Source: an uncultured virus (IMG/VR IMGVR_UViG_3300037067_024288)
Taxonomy: Duplodnaviria > Heunggongvirae > Uroviricota > Caudoviricetes
IMG/VR virus record: IMGVR_UViG_3300037067_024288
Strand: one strand, 5' to 3'
Length of the DNA stretch: 64,000 bases
The notes under the pieces are model-generated. The model was given only the letters and a program-made list of their open reading frames with translations. It had not been told where the DNA came from and made no database searches. A program made the position numbers and the translations under genes. Below are positions 1 through 10,603 of the stretch, in pieces (the stretch's first letter is position 1; every line of letters begins with the position of its first letter).

Positions 1-180
1 TTTTTTCAGATATAATCTCGATCCGATCAGTTTCATCTTCGAAAAAAAAGAATGGATCGATTGACTTTTTATAAATTTCGGTGAGTTTTTAAGCTTTTCA
101 GTGCTGCATGCATAGTATTTTCAATGATTGTACCTGTGTATTTAAGACGTTGCTGTTCTTTCTATGATCTCAGGATGAGA

Positions 181-409
181 AATAGGATTTGTTCACTCAA
201 AAAAAAGTCTCTGAAATCGCTTTAAAATGAGTTTTTATTAAAAAGGTTGATTTTAAGTATTGGGGCTATGTTTTGATTGTTTTAACATGGATCGTTATGT
301 TTATTTAATATCTTCTGCAATTAACCTGGCTTTAATGCATAAACAATCTCATCATTGGAAATAGGATCGGTTAACTCAAAAAAAAGCTTGTTAAATCGCT
401 TTAAAATGA
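181..409. repeat. Imperfect ~50 bp direct repeat (181-230 / 360-409) in a long non-coding region
   Basis: aataggat..g.t.actcaaaaaaaag...aaatcgctttaaaatga occurs twice, 179 bp apart. Confidence 0.7.
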
Positions 410-830
410 AGATTTTTGAAAGTTAAGGTCCTTTGTCTTGAGATGAAGTTTATAACTGGTTTAAAAGGTTGTATTCATACGGTGGAACAATGAGACTTTT
501 GAATTGAATGTTAGTGAGTTAGTAAAATGGTAGGAATATTTTAGGGATAATTTTGAGTGAAAAGGAAGATTCTCTGACCTGGGGCCAAGGTAAAATTAAT
601 GGAAGTTTTTATATAGTATCAATATGTTATGAAGTGATAAAGGTAAATTCACCTCTGATCCCGGGGTGATCTCTGGTAAGTGTAAAGAAGTACTTGCCTG
701 GGGTATCTCTGGGCGGTCCATGATTTGATAAGGGTTTTAGAAGAAGAGATTTTGTGGTACCATAGTTTTTGATTAATGTAGTTGGGTTTTTGACGAATGA
801 GTTTTTTTATTTAAATTGAGATGATTAAGT

Positions 831-1160
831 TTGAGGATGAGAAGTGAAGTAATATTATGTGATTGTAATGATTTTATGCCAAGTTTACCGGATAAATGGG
901 CAGATATAGCAATATGTGATGTTCCTTATGGAATAGGAGTTGGGAAAATGTCCTATTTAAAAGAAGTTAAAACTACAATTAAACAAAAGAATGGCAGTAG
1001 GTTAAATGCTAACCATAAGAAAAAACCATATACTTTTAAAGAATGGGATAGTAAAACACCGGATCAGGCATATTTTAATGAGTTATGCAGGGTAAGTAAA
1101 CATCAAATAATATTTGGGATTGATTATGTCAATTGGGGCGGAGTTGGACCGGGAAAATAG
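831..1160 (+). pseudogene. Truncated N4/N6 DNA methyltransferase (paralog of 29880..30668)
   Basis: DVPY motif; CDVPYGIGVGKMSYLKEVKTTIKQKNG closely matches the cassette MTase, but stops before the SAM-binding motif. Confidence 0.8.
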
Positions 1161-1459
1161 CTGCTGTGGAGCTACCGATCGTTAAAAGTACTTTATAAAT
1201 ATATAATAATGAGTGATAAACGAAAGCCTGTTTTTATATTCTTGCTTAAAAATTTAGGCAAAAAAAGTAATAAAATTGAGATTTTTGAAGCTATTGATTT
1301 TGAAAAGAATAAGAGTTCCAAAGATTATGTTATGGGTAAAAAATTAGAAAATGCTTATCGGATTCGGGCAAACGGCAAATGGTGGCCTCCAAAGAAAAAA
1401 CAATATTTTTGGAAATCAGAAATTAGAGATATATTATTTAAATCAATAAATTTTTAATT

Positions 1460-2164
1460 ATGTTTTCTTATTATGGCTCTAAGAGCAAGCTAATCAATCT
1501 ATACCCACCGCCCAAATACGGGAAAATAATAGAACCATTTGCCGGTAGTGCCCGATATTCCCTCAAATATTGGGATAGGGATATTCTTTTAGTAGATGTT
1601 TATGATGTAGTTATCGATACTTGGAAATGGTTACAGCAATGCAGTAAACAAGATATATTAGGGCTTCCAGATATTTCTAAAATGGAGAAAGGTTTTGATC
1701 TCAAGACCTTAAATTTGAGTAAAGGTGAAACTTATTTTTTGGGATTAAATGCTGCGGTTGCTTCAATATCGCCTAGGTTTAAAATAAGTTCGTTTGCTTC
1801 AGAACAGCATGGTACAAAAACATATCTTAAAAGAGTAGCCGATAATATTTATAAAATAAAGCATTGGGAAATCAGATTAGGAAGTTATACTGAAATAAAT
1901 AATGGGGACTTTACCTGGTTTATAGATCCTCCATATATGGTAGGTGGACACGCCTATAAACATAGTGAAATTAACTATTCTGAACTTGCTAAATGGTGCC
2001 AGGAAAGAGAAGGACAAGTTATTGTTTGTGAAAATACAAAAGCTAACTGGCTCCCCTTCAATCCTATTATTAAATCAAGAGGGGCAAATCAATTAAAAAC
2101 TACTGAAGCCATTTGGTCCAATATTCCGACAAGTTTTGATTATCAACAAACATCACTATTTTAA
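1460..2164 (+). CDS. Dam-like (D12 class) DNA adenine methyltransferase
   Basis: YYGSK, EPFAGS and DPPY motifs. Confidence 0.85.
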   Translation: MFSYYGSKSKLINLYPPPKYGKIIEPFAGSARYSLKYWDRDILLVDVYDVVIDTWKWLQQCSKQDILGLPDISKMEKGFDLKTLNLSKGETYFLGLNAAVASISPRFKISSFASEQHGTKTYLKRVADNIYKIKHWEIRLGSYTEINNGDFTWFIDPPYMVGGHAYKHSEINYSELAKWCQEREGQVIVCENTKANWLPFNPIIKSRGANQLKTTEAIWSNIPTSFDYQQTSLF

Positions 2165-2229
2165 TGAATGGATTACTTCATCGTTAAAATAAATTAAGAA
2201 TTAATTATTTCAAGATCCAAAATTATTTT

Positions 2230-2237
2230 TATATTTG
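2230..2237 (+). promoter_or_regulatory. Bacteroidota-type -7 promoter box TAnnTTTG (also at 4488, 12909, 17040, 39578, 49812, 62995; minus strand at 40108)
   Basis: TATATTTG/TAAATTTG/TATCTTTG in intergenic positions upstream of genes or short transcripts. Confidence 0.6.
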
Positions 2238-2381
2238 TTAGCGGAGGCCAAAAAAATAAAACGTATTATGAATCAGATTATTAAACAAAGATATTTACAA
2301 CACCATCCCGGATCCCGACATGAGATGGCCTCCAAAACCTCTTTTTTTGTCACCGGGATGTTTCCTTTTTATAATTAATGT

Positions 2382-3371
2382 ATGACCAAAAAGAGATCCT
2401 CAGATAAAAAGGGAAAGAAACAATCTATTCCTGAAATACCCGCCCCAAAAAGAGGCAGAGGTCGTCCAAAAGGATCAAAGAATAAATCTCATAAGCACGT
2501 TAAGAGTAAAAAAATCAAAGTTGTTAAGCCAGTAAAAGAACCTAAAATTGTTAATACCGGATACCGCCAATACCTCTCAGAATTAAGTAAGTATAATAAA
2601 GAGCATGGTATAAAACTTCATGGCCGGGGAAGTTTTCTTCGTAAAGGCTCTGAAATATGGAAGGATCTTAAAGGTAAGCCTGATGTTATTCAGAATATAG
2701 ATGTTATACTCGATTCATACCTACAGCCTGAACCAACAATAAGTGAAAGGGCAAAATTAATATCTGACGATATTTCTCTGGAACAATATATGTGGTGGAA
2801 TATCAAAAATCTTTATGGATTCTGGTCCTTAAATAAATTTGTAGATATAAAAGTTGATAGATTATTCCTTATTGATATTGATGGACTTGAAATAGATATC
2901 ACACAACAAGCAGATGCTTTTGCAATGTATAAACAATTATCTCAATACGTTGATGATGAAGTTTTAGCAAAGTATAGTTATTTAACTTTTAATCGGGTTT
3001 GGGATAATAAAGAAGGCGTTTATGTTTACTATAATATAAAAGAAGATGATGAATTTACGCTTCGGTCTCACGAAAAAAACGATCTGGATTGGAATAAAGA
3101 TATAAAGAATCGGTGGCTCAAAAAAAGGATTAAAGCAGCTAAAAAAGAAGATAAAGCCACAGCACCGAAAGTTGAGTCGGGCACAGAAAAATGGCTTCCG
3201 CAACAACCACAACAACCAGCAACATCTTCAAGATTACAAGACTTAATATCATATAAAAGTTCATTAATTCAAGATATTGAATATGCTGAAAAAAGAAAAA
3301 GATCAACAGCAGATGATGAAGCTGAATTAATAAGAGTAAAATCAGAAATTAAAAAATTAATGAATGTCTAA
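2382..3371 (+). CDS. Basic DNA-binding protein with AT-hook
   Basis: KRGRGRPKG motif in a Lys-rich N-terminus. Confidence 0.55.
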   Translation: MTKKRSSDKKGKKQSIPEIPAPKRGRGRPKGSKNKSHKHVKSKKIKVVKPVKEPKIVNTGYRQYLSELSKYNKEHGIKLHGRGSFLRKGSEIWKDLKGKPDVIQNIDVILDSYLQPEPTISERAKLISDDISLEQYMWWNIKNLYGFWSLNKFVDIKVDRLFLIDIDGLEIDITQQADAFAMYKQLSQYVDDEVLAKYSYLTFNRVWDNKEGVYVYYNIKEDDEFTLRSHEKNDLDWNKDIKNRWLKKRIKAAKKEDKATAPKVESGTEKWLPQQPQQPATSSRLQDLISYKSSLIQDIEYAEKRKRSTADDEAELIRVKSEIKKLMNV

Positions 3372-3573
3372 TTGGGATATATATAAACAATCCGTTTTAG
3401 AAGATCAACGTTTTATTAATGACTTAAAATCAATTCATTTAAGTAATTTAATTCTTTATAAAAAATCTCTAATAGATAATATTATATTTTTTAAAGAATT
3501 AGGTGAAGATTATTCGTCTGAGATAGCAGAATATCAAAATGTCAAAGAAGAAATACGTAAATTAATGAACTAA
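3364..3573 (+). CDS. Small hypothetical protein, paralogous to C-terminus of upstream gene
   Basis: LILYKKSLIDNI...EIRKLMN vs LISYKSSLIQDI...EIKKLMN. Confidence 0.6.
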   Translation: MSNWDIYKQSVLEDQRFINDLKSIHLSNLILYKKSLIDNIIFFKELGEDYSSEIAEYQNVKEEIRKLMN

Positions 3574-4430
3574 TGGAAATTAGCAATCGCGTAAAAAACG
3601 GTAATGATGATTTAAAAAACATTAAAGATTCATTAATTCATTATAAAAGTTCATTTACTATCAAATATATTGGTAGTGTAATTGAATTTAAGTTTGATAG
3701 TACCGGGAAAACTAAGAGATTAGGCGGGTTCAAACCAAAAAAAGGGATGCATATTCCTAAGATGGTTTTAGGTGATGTTAAAAAAAGGATCGAAAACGGA
3801 GATTATTTACCAATTAATTCAGATCCGTTAAAAAATGTTCCAACCATAATGTATAATCATGAAAATATCACACGAAATCTAAGACAGCATTGTGTAGCAG
3901 TAGATATTAATTATTGCTATTGGAATACAGCTAAAAATCTTGGTGTAATTAGTGATCGTATTTATAAAATGGGATTGAAGAAAGAGGCAGAGTGGAAGGA
4001 AGCTAGAAATATAAGTATTGGAAGTTTAGGTGCTGATCAATATTTTGAAAGATATGAAAATGGAGAATTAGTGAAATCTTGGGGTGAAAAAAGATTTGGG
4101 GCAACTTGTAGGTTAGATATAGTTGAATACGTTTTTAATATTGCAAATGACATTGCAGATCAGTTAGGTGATGATTTTTTAATGTTTCTAACTGATTGTT
4201 TTTTTGTACCACAATATAGATTGAAAGATTTACAGGAATATATTAAAGAAAAAGGATTCACTTCAAAATACGATGATATAGAATTCGGGCATGTTGACCG
4301 AATGATGGATAAATTAGACAGAAACGGGAAAAGAATGTACACTGACAAAGTTATTTGGTATGATGCTTCTCATGATAAATTCAAATTTCACGACTTTTCA
4401 AATAATCACTTCAAGAAAACTAATCACTAA
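3573..4430 (+). CDS. Small divergent family-B polymerase palm-like protein
   Basis: VDINYCY (motif A-like), K..RN.SIG.LG (motif B-like), LTDCFF (motif C-like) in the expected order. Confidence 0.4.
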   Translation: MEISNRVKNGNDDLKNIKDSLIHYKSSFTIKYIGSVIEFKFDSTGKTKRLGGFKPKKGMHIPKMVLGDVKKRIENGDYLPINSDPLKNVPTIMYNHENITRNLRQHCVAVDINYCYWNTAKNLGVISDRIYKMGLKKEAEWKEARNISIGSLGADQYFERYENGELVKSWGEKRFGATCRLDIVEYVFNIANDIADQLGDDFLMFLTDCFFVPQYRLKDLQEYIKEKGFTSKYDDIEFGHVDRMMDKLDRNGKRMYTDKVIWYDASHDKFKFHDFSNNHFKKTNH

Positions 4431-5007
4431 ATCAATTTCATTCGTCAAAAATATTATTCATAGTTTAACTACGTGTTAAAGTTTACGTATATTTGAAAAA
4501 TAACGAAACAAAAAACTTTATGGAAAAATTATTGAAAAATGTTACGAATCAGACTCTTAAATTAATTAAATCCAAAATTGAAGAAATGAAATCTCAAAAT
4601 GGATTTATATATCCGTCTGATCAAAAATTATTAAATGATGTTTGCTCTGAATTAGAATTTAGGAACAATCCGACATTAATTTCTGAAGATGTTTTCAATA
4701 CATTAAGTCAAATATGCAATCCAAATTTATGAACAGGATATTTAAAAACGGTACTGTTGTGGTCGCTCTGTGTCCACAATATACGGGTTGTGGAAAAACT
4801 ATAATCCATAAAGGGGCAATCTGTAAAATTAAAAATGGGAATCCTGACTATAATTCTGAAATTGAATTATGGAAATCCCTTGAACGAGAAAAAAAGGATA
4901 ACTATACTGAGGTTAAGCAGTCACATCTTCGGGAAGCAACCATAGAAGAAGTTGAAATGTTTAATGAAGGGATTCGAAATATACACACAATCTAAATATT
5001 AGGAAAA

Positions 5008-5331
5008 ATGTTAGAATTCTTCATCCTTTCATTTCTTGTAGCTTGTTTGGAGCTTTCTTTTCAGGAATACCAGGAAAAGGATATGATATTTGCTAAGTAT
5101 GGTAGGTTTCTCAATCGGTTATGGATTAAAAAGGGAATATATCGAAAATTAGCTATGGTTTTAGGAGTGTGCCCTTTCTGTAATGGCTTCTGGTTAGCTG
5201 TATTCTTTTATATCCTGTGTTACAAGGAAATATCTCTTATGATATTACTATTTACAGGGCTTAATTACTTCTGGATAAAACTTTTATCTGGAATATTTAG
5301 AAATCTTTTTAAAATGTCAACTACCCCGTAG
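5008..5331 (+). CDS. Membrane protein with CPFC motif (DUF1360-like); 3' end altered by IscB insertion
   Basis: Hydrophobic helices flanking CPFCNGFW. Confidence 0.5.
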   Translation: MLEFFILSFLVACLELSFQEYQEKDMIFAKYGRFLNRLWIKKGIYRKLAMVLGVCPFCNGFWLAVFFYILCYKEISLMILLFTGLNYFWIKLLSGIFRNLFKMSTTP

Positions 5332-5575
5332 CATAGCTACGAGGCATGAATCGCGAGGTTCATCGTAAGAATTGATTAGAGGGCTTAAAAATTAAATTTT
5401 ATGCAGAAGTTAGAACAAAGAAATACATACACACCTACGGATGCTCCACAAGTCCGTAGCAACTGTGACCTGCCATTAAACAGAGAGGAAACTCTCAGTG
5501 TGGCAAGTTTAAAAACGTGTTCTAACAACCTCGAAGTGGATCAACGGCTCACGAATAGCCGGGACTTACAGTCAT
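5316..5575 (+). ncRNA. IscB omegaRNA scaffold (guide = flank immediately upstream of 5316)
   Basis: Structured region between element end and the PLMP codons; boundaries approximate. Confidence 0.7.
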
Positions 5576-6750
5576 TAGTATTCGTATTAAATGTTGAAGG
5601 TCAACCGCTTATGCCTACTAAACCTGCTCGTGCAAGAAAAATGGTTGAAAATGGAAAAGCTAAAATCGTGAAACTTTACCCGTTCACAATTAAACTAAAT
5701 TTTGAGTGTGAAAATAAGGTGCAAAATGTGACTTTGGGAATTGATACGGGTTACAAAAACATTGGGTTTTCATGTGTTACAGAGGTTAAAGAACTTATTT
5801 CCGGGACTATTATTTTGGATGGAAGAACGTCAAGTAGATTGACTGAAAAATCAATGTACCGCCGTGTCCGTAGAAATCGCCACCGTTGGTACAGGGAACC
5901 ACGATTTTTAAACAGGGCAAAGCCGGAAGGTTGGCTTCCCCCGTCAGTTCAACGTAGGTATGATACCCATTTGAGCCTGATCAACCGGATGAAAGCTATT
6001 CTACCAGTATCCCAGGTTATCATTGAAGTTGCAAATTTTGATATTCAGAAAATTGAAAATCCTGAAATATTCGGAGAGCAGTATCAGCAAGGCGATTTAT
6101 TCGACTATCAGAATATGCGTTCATATTTAATGACTCGTGAAAAAGGTAAATGCCAGTTATGTAGTAAAGAATTCAGTAGGGGTAATCCCAGCCATATACA
6201 CCATTGTAAACAACGTAGCGAAGCCGGATCGAACCGGGCAAAAAACCTAGCATTGCTTCATAAAAAATGCCATACAAAGCTTCATAAAAAAGGCTTGAAA
6301 CTGAAATCTACAAAGCAGTACAAGCCAAGCACCTTCATGTCAATAATTCACAAAAGATTCTGGCAGGATATTCCGGGATTGAAAGTCACCTATGGTTATA
6401 TTACCTTTTTAAAACGGCAGGAAAACAATATTCCGAAATCTCATAACAATGATGCCTTTGTAATCGCTAAAGGAACTGATCAGGAAAGGTGCAAACCCGT
6501 AACTATTCAGCAAAAACATCGGAATAACCGGGCAATACAAATGAACAGAAAGGGATTCAAACCTTCAATTCGCAAACAGAGATATAATATTCAACCATTT
6601 GATATTGTTTGGATTATGGGAAAAAAACATATTGCATCCGGGATACAAAACAAAGGAAGATATTTATTGGTAAAGGGAATTAAAAGCCCTATATCAGTAA
6701 AAAATATTGAAAATCATTATAAATTCGGATCATTAGCATGGGCAATTTAA
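5401..6750 (+). CDS. iscB: IscB RNA-guided endonuclease (true start probably near 5575)
   Basis: PLMP, RuvC-I GIDTG, Arg-rich bridge helix, RuvC-II IEVANFD, HNH with CxxC, RuvC-III SHNNDA. Confidence 0.95.
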   Translation: MQKLEQRNTYTPTDAPQVRSNCDLPLNREETLSVASLKTCSNNLEVDQRLTNSRDLQSLVFVLNVEGQPLMPTKPARARKMVENGKAKIVKLYPFTIKLNFECENKVQNVTLGIDTGYKNIGFSCVTEVKELISGTIILDGRTSSRLTEKSMYRRVRRNRHRWYREPRFLNRAKPEGWLPPSVQRRYDTHLSLINRMKAILPVSQVIIEVANFDIQKIENPEIFGEQYQQGDLFDYQNMRSYLMTREKGKCQLCSKEFSRGNPSHIHHCKQRSEAGSNRAKNLALLHKKCHTKLHKKGLKLKSTKQYKPSTFMSIIHKRFWQDIPGLKVTYGYITFLKRQENNIPKSHNNDAFVIAKGTDQERCKPVTIQQKHRNNRAIQMNRKGFKPSIRKQRYNIQPFDIVWIMGKKHIASGIQNKGRYLLVKGIKSPISVKNIENHYKFGSLAWAI

Positions 6751-6876
6751 TTAAAAACCAAAAGCAAATTCATCCCCGGAGCAAGCTCACGAGGTATTCT
6801 TTGCAAAAAAATGAATTTAAGTCTACAAAAGAATTTGTGACATTAATTTTTAAATATTTAAAAACTCGTATCTAAA

Positions 6877-7392
6877 ATGATTCTACCATTTATGACTCAT
6901 TGGCCTGATGGTTCAGAAACCTATTTCATTGACAAGATATGGAATAGCATTTACGGGCTTCATATTTATTCTGAAGAAGAATTCGCCTATCAGTATAATT
7001 TTTACTTAAATGCTTATAAAGAAAAATTTGGAGTTGAATGGAGTGTCAATCAATCAAATCTAAATCCTAAAAAACATACTATACGATTGGGTAATAGATG
7101 GAGCGCAGGGGATAATATTCACATGTTCATTCATAGCCGGTCAAAAAACATGTTCCGGTTTGCCCCGGTAATTAAATGTGCTTCAACACAGATAATTGAA
7201 ATTAAATATCAAGGATTGAAACAGGAAGGTAGTATAATTCCCGCTATAAAAATTGATGGGAATTATCTTGATAGAACTGAAAATTTAAGACTTTCTCATA
7301 ATGACGGCTTTCAATCCGAGAATTATTTTTTCAATTTTTTTAATAAAGATTTTTATGGACAAATAGTGCATTGGACTAATTTAAAATATTGA
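6877..7392 (+). CDS. ASCH/PUA-like phage protein
   Basis: KKHTIR.G.RW..G motif, terminal DGF..F..FF. Confidence 0.5.
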   Translation: MILPFMTHWPDGSETYFIDKIWNSIYGLHIYSEEEFAYQYNFYLNAYKEKFGVEWSVNQSNLNPKKHTIRLGNRWSAGDNIHMFIHSRSKNMFRFAPVIKCASTQIIEIKYQGLKQEGSIIPAIKIDGNYLDRTENLRLSHNDGFQSENYFFNFFNKDFYGQIVHWTNLKY

Positions 7393-7997
7393 TTATGAAT
7401 GAAAGTTTAAAAGAAGGGTTATCAATTTTATTCTATGAAGTTTGTGCTTATTTTAAGCAAGATCCTGATAAAGCTTCCCGGAAAATAAGGAAGAGGGAAC
7501 TTATAAAGTGCAGACAAATAACCTATGCCTCATTTACACAAGTAATTCCAAAAGGATGGGTCACACTTGCTGATATTGGAGAACTTATTGCCGGGCAAGA
7601 TTATACGACAGTTATTCATGCAAAGAAATCGGTCCAAAACTCATACGATACTGATAGGCTTTTTAGAAGCGAATATGAAGATATTTTATTGATTGCCCAT
7701 AAGGTTCTTAACCCTATTATTCATAAAATCAATACAATAAATATAAATAGAAGAATAGTAAAAGAGAGTGAAGTTGTAAGAATTAAGAAATCTATGATAA
7801 ATAGAGACATACACACTAAAATTAATACCAATGAATATATTTTCAAAATTAACAAACGAGTTATCAGGGTTGCGCCAAAAAAGGAAATTCAAAAGAATCG
7901 CAATGTCTATAATCTCTCAAATAGATTTGATAGTATCCCACAGCCTAATGTCCAAAGAATCGCGCAAAGCCAACGGGATAACTATATTTACAGATGA
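7389..7997 (+). CDS. Protein with DnaA C-terminal-like HTH
   Basis: RKRELIKCRQ...TLADIGELIAGQDYTTVIHA resembles DnaA domain IV (R..RQ..IG..FGGRDHTTV.HA). Confidence 0.75.
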   Translation: MIMNESLKEGLSILFYEVCAYFKQDPDKASRKIRKRELIKCRQITYASFTQVIPKGWVTLADIGELIAGQDYTTVIHAKKSVQNSYDTDRLFRSEYEDILLIAHKVLNPIIHKINTININRRIVKESEVVRIKKSMINRDIHTKINTNEYIFKINKRVIRVAPKKEIQKNRNVYNLSNRFDSIPQPNVQRIAQSQRDNYIYR

Positions 7998-8259
7998 TTG
8001 CCCTATTTGTAAGATTGGGAAAGTTGATGGTAAAGAATGTTCTAATAGATGCTTTCTATCTACAGATCATGGCTGTCAAAAAATGGTGACAATGCCCAGA
8101 GATCCATTTAATCGTGCCCAATTATTTAAAAGGTTGAATTTTTGGATTCAAGTGATCATATTTATTGATTTTGCTGATAATTCTATCTTCACAGTAAAAA
8201 ATAGGGCACAATTACATAAAAAGCTTGTTGAAATTGACCTAAAATTTTTTTTGAAATGA
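7831..8259 (+). CDS. Hypothetical Cys-rich protein
   Basis: CPIC..C..C..C. Confidence 0.4.
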   Translation: MNIFSKLTNELSGLRQKRKFKRIAMSIISQIDLIVSHSLMSKESRKANGITIFTDDCPICKIGKVDGKECSNRCFLSTDHGCQKMVTMPRDPFNRAQLFKRLNFWIQVIIFIDFADNSIFTVKNRAQLHKKLVEIDLKFFLK

Positions 8260-8543
8260 ACTTAGGCAAAGGAATCATAGATATCTGTAACATCCGAGGA
8301 ATTTCACAGAAAGATTTGGCCGCGAAAACAGGGCTTAGTATTACTTTTCATTCTTTGTTGGAGAATAACTTAAGGAACCCTTCAATGGAAACACTTGACA
8401 AAATAGCAGAAGTTTTAAAGGTCCCTGTGCCAATAATATTCTGGTTTTCACTCACCGATAGTGATATTAAACCTGAAAGATTAAAATTTTATAATCAGTA
8501 TAAAGAGAAAATTAATTATTTAATCCACAATATTTTTATATGA
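8256..8543 (+). CDS. XRE-family HTH regulator
   Basis: SQKDLAAKTGLS...LENNLRNPSMETLDKIAEVL. Confidence 0.9.
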   Translation: MNLGKGIIDICNIRGISQKDLAAKTGLSITFHSLLENNLRNPSMETLDKIAEVLKVPVPIIFWFSLTDSDIKPERLKFYNQYKEKINYLIHNIFI

Positions 8544-9307
8544 TAAACAGGACAGGAATAGACTTCAGTAAGCACGAAGTTTTAATAACCAGACAAGAAG
8601 GATTGTTAATTCACTATCTCAAAAAACCAGATACAATTACGAATAGTATCAAATTTATTAATACTAATGGCATTTTAGCTGTAACCGGTGATTTTGGTAA
8701 CTGGATATTTTGTAGAGAATTTCATCCTTCGTCTGCCGCAGGGGTAAGTGATCATTATTGGCTTGAAAAACTTCATATTTCATCCTCTCAAAAAGGAGAA
8801 GAATATTCATCTGAGGAAACTGAAAAGGAATTAAAACGAGAAATAAGAAGCGGTCTCAGGGATTATGGTTATGAAGGTGATGAGTTAAAACAAGCAAAAG
8901 AATTTTATAAAGAATGTCTTACTCATGTTGATGAAGAATGGGATTATATTGCTTTTGCTCACGGTTATGATAAACCGAATTTTATTGATCACGAACAGAT
9001 ACCAATGGTGGAAATTACTAAACAATGGCTTAGAATAATTTTTGACGGTTTTGATGAGATTTGTAATCGAATGAAGATTTGTCATCATATTGAACAAAAA
9101 TATGATCCAGATCCTACACATAACAGATGTTGTAACTGTGATGAATTAGTAGAAACACAATCTAAACTTATTATAGAAAGTAAAAACTATTCCTTAAAAA
9201 AGAAATTCCATAATACCCATCCGGTTGTTAAAGTTTTTCTTATCCAATGTATTCTTTTAGGTATTGCTTTTATCGTATGTTATATTTTATCTCACTGCCA
9301 AAAATAA
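8540..9307 (+). CDS. Phage hypothetical protein
   Basis: Long ORF, VTGDFGNWIF..YWLEK segment. Confidence 0.5.
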   Translation: MINRTGIDFSKHEVLITRQEGLLIHYLKKPDTITNSIKFINTNGILAVTGDFGNWIFCREFHPSSAAGVSDHYWLEKLHISSSQKGEEYSSEETEKELKREIRSGLRDYGYEGDELKQAKEFYKECLTHVDEEWDYIAFAHGYDKPNFIDHEQIPMVEITKQWLRIIFDGFDEICNRMKICHHIEQKYDPDPTHNRCCNCDELVETQSKLIIESKNYSLKKKFHNTHPVVKVFLIQCILLGIAFIVCYILSHCQK

Positions 9308-9316
9308 ATAATAACC

Positions 9317-10603
9317 ATGAAAATAAAAGAATTAAAAGTAAAAAACTTTGCCAAATTCACTGATCTTCAGATAGAGTTTGATAGTCAAATTACCAGATTA
9401 GTCGGGGTAAATGGTTCCGGCAAGTCAAGTATTCTCTTAGCAATATTTACAGCCTTAAAAGGTATGGCCAGTAAGGGTGATGCCATCTGGGGCGAAAGGT
9501 TTCGATTTATGACTGCCGGAAGCGACCCGGATATTCAATTAACCCTCGTTGATGAAGTAAAAGGTGGTGCCGAAATAATAGTCCGAAATGAGCTTTCAAA
9601 AAAAGGAAATGAGATTACATTCCGGGCACCCGATGATTATCCTATTTCTCAGGAATGGCTTAGCCAATTACTTTCACTATCATTTGTATCTGCAAAAAAC
9701 TTTTGCCAGCTCTCCGGGAAAGAGCAAGCGATACTTTTAGGGATTGAGACAGATATTTACGATCGATCTATTAAAGGCTTGAAGGACGAATTTACATTAC
9801 TTGGTCGGGAATTGAAAACATTGGGCACACCAGAACCGGTTGAGAAAAAAGAAAAAGTTAGTATAACTGATTTATTGATCCAAAAGAAAGTAATTGATGA
9901 TTTTAATATTGAACAGGATAACAAACAAGTGGAGTTTGATAGATGGGCTGGAATGCTTACTAAATTTACAGCCGAAAGAGCTGAATTAGTTAAAGAATTA
10001 GCTTTATTGGATGAAAAAATATCATCTGGACAAGCTAAATTAAGTCTGATTCCTAAACCTGATCAGAAAAAAGATATAGTAGAAATTACTAAGGTTATTC
10101 AAAATTCAGAATTGATTAATCTGCAAGCTGACGCATACGAAAAATATCAAACCAAATTACAGTCTATTGAGACTAAAAAAGAAGAAATTAAAGCCAATAA
10201 AGAGAAACAAGTCCAAGCAGAGGACAATAAGATCAACTACATAAAATCATTTGACTTTGGATTTGATGGATTATCAGTGAACGATGATGGCGAATTACTT
10301 CTTAATGATGGAACAAGTTCTCGTCCAATAAAAGAACCATACTTTAGTAAAGGACAACTTGAAATTATTGTTGCCAGGCTTTATGCTTCTACTAATCCTG
10401 ATCTAAAAGTCCGGTTTCTGGATGATTTTAATCTTATTGATAATTCTAACCAAGAGAAGATAATTAACGAACTTGTCGAAGCCGGATTCCAGTTAATAGT
10501 ATCGGAAGTCGCCGAAAGTTCGACAAAGGAAAATGTTATATTGCTACGGGAATGTCGGGTCGTATCCGATGAAGAATTAAAAACAAAGAAATCATTATTA
10601 TGA
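9317..10603 (+). CDS. SMC/RecF-like ABC ATPase with coiled coil
   Basis: N-terminal IKELKVKNF, Walker A GVNGSGKS, central coiled coil, signature-like FSKGQ and Walker B FLDD. Confidence 0.8.
   Translation: MKIKELKVKNFAKFTDLQIEFDSQITRLVGVNGSGKSSILLAIFTALKGMASKGDAIWGERFRFMTAGSDPDIQLTLVDEVKGGAEIIVRNELSKKGNEITFRAPDDYPISQEWLSQLLSLSFVSAKNFCQLSGKEQAILLGIETDIYDRSIKGLKDEFTLLGRELKTLGTPEPVEKKEKVSITDLLIQKKVIDDFNIEQDNKQVEFDRWAGMLTKFTAERAELVKELALLDEKISSGQAKLSLIPKPDQKKDIVEITKVIQNSELINLQADAYEKYQTKLQSIETKKEEIKANKEKQVQAEDNKINYIKSFDFGFDGLSVNDDGELLLNDGTSSRPIKEPYFSKGQLEIIVARLYASTNPDLKVRFLDDFNLIDNSNQEKIINELVEAGFQLIVSEVAESSTKENVILLRECRVVSDEELKTKKSLL

Larger units (their letters stand above)
5316..6810 (+). mobile_element. 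Non-autonomous IS200/IS605-superfamily IscB element
   Basis: Starts GTCAACTACCCC with hairpin; ends with hairpin ccccggagcaagctcacgaggt followed by ATGAA; no TnpA inside. Confidence 0.85.

Noticed and set aside
5401..5575. N-terminal extension of IscB
   Set aside because: Overlaps the expected omegaRNA; conserved protein begins just before PLMP.
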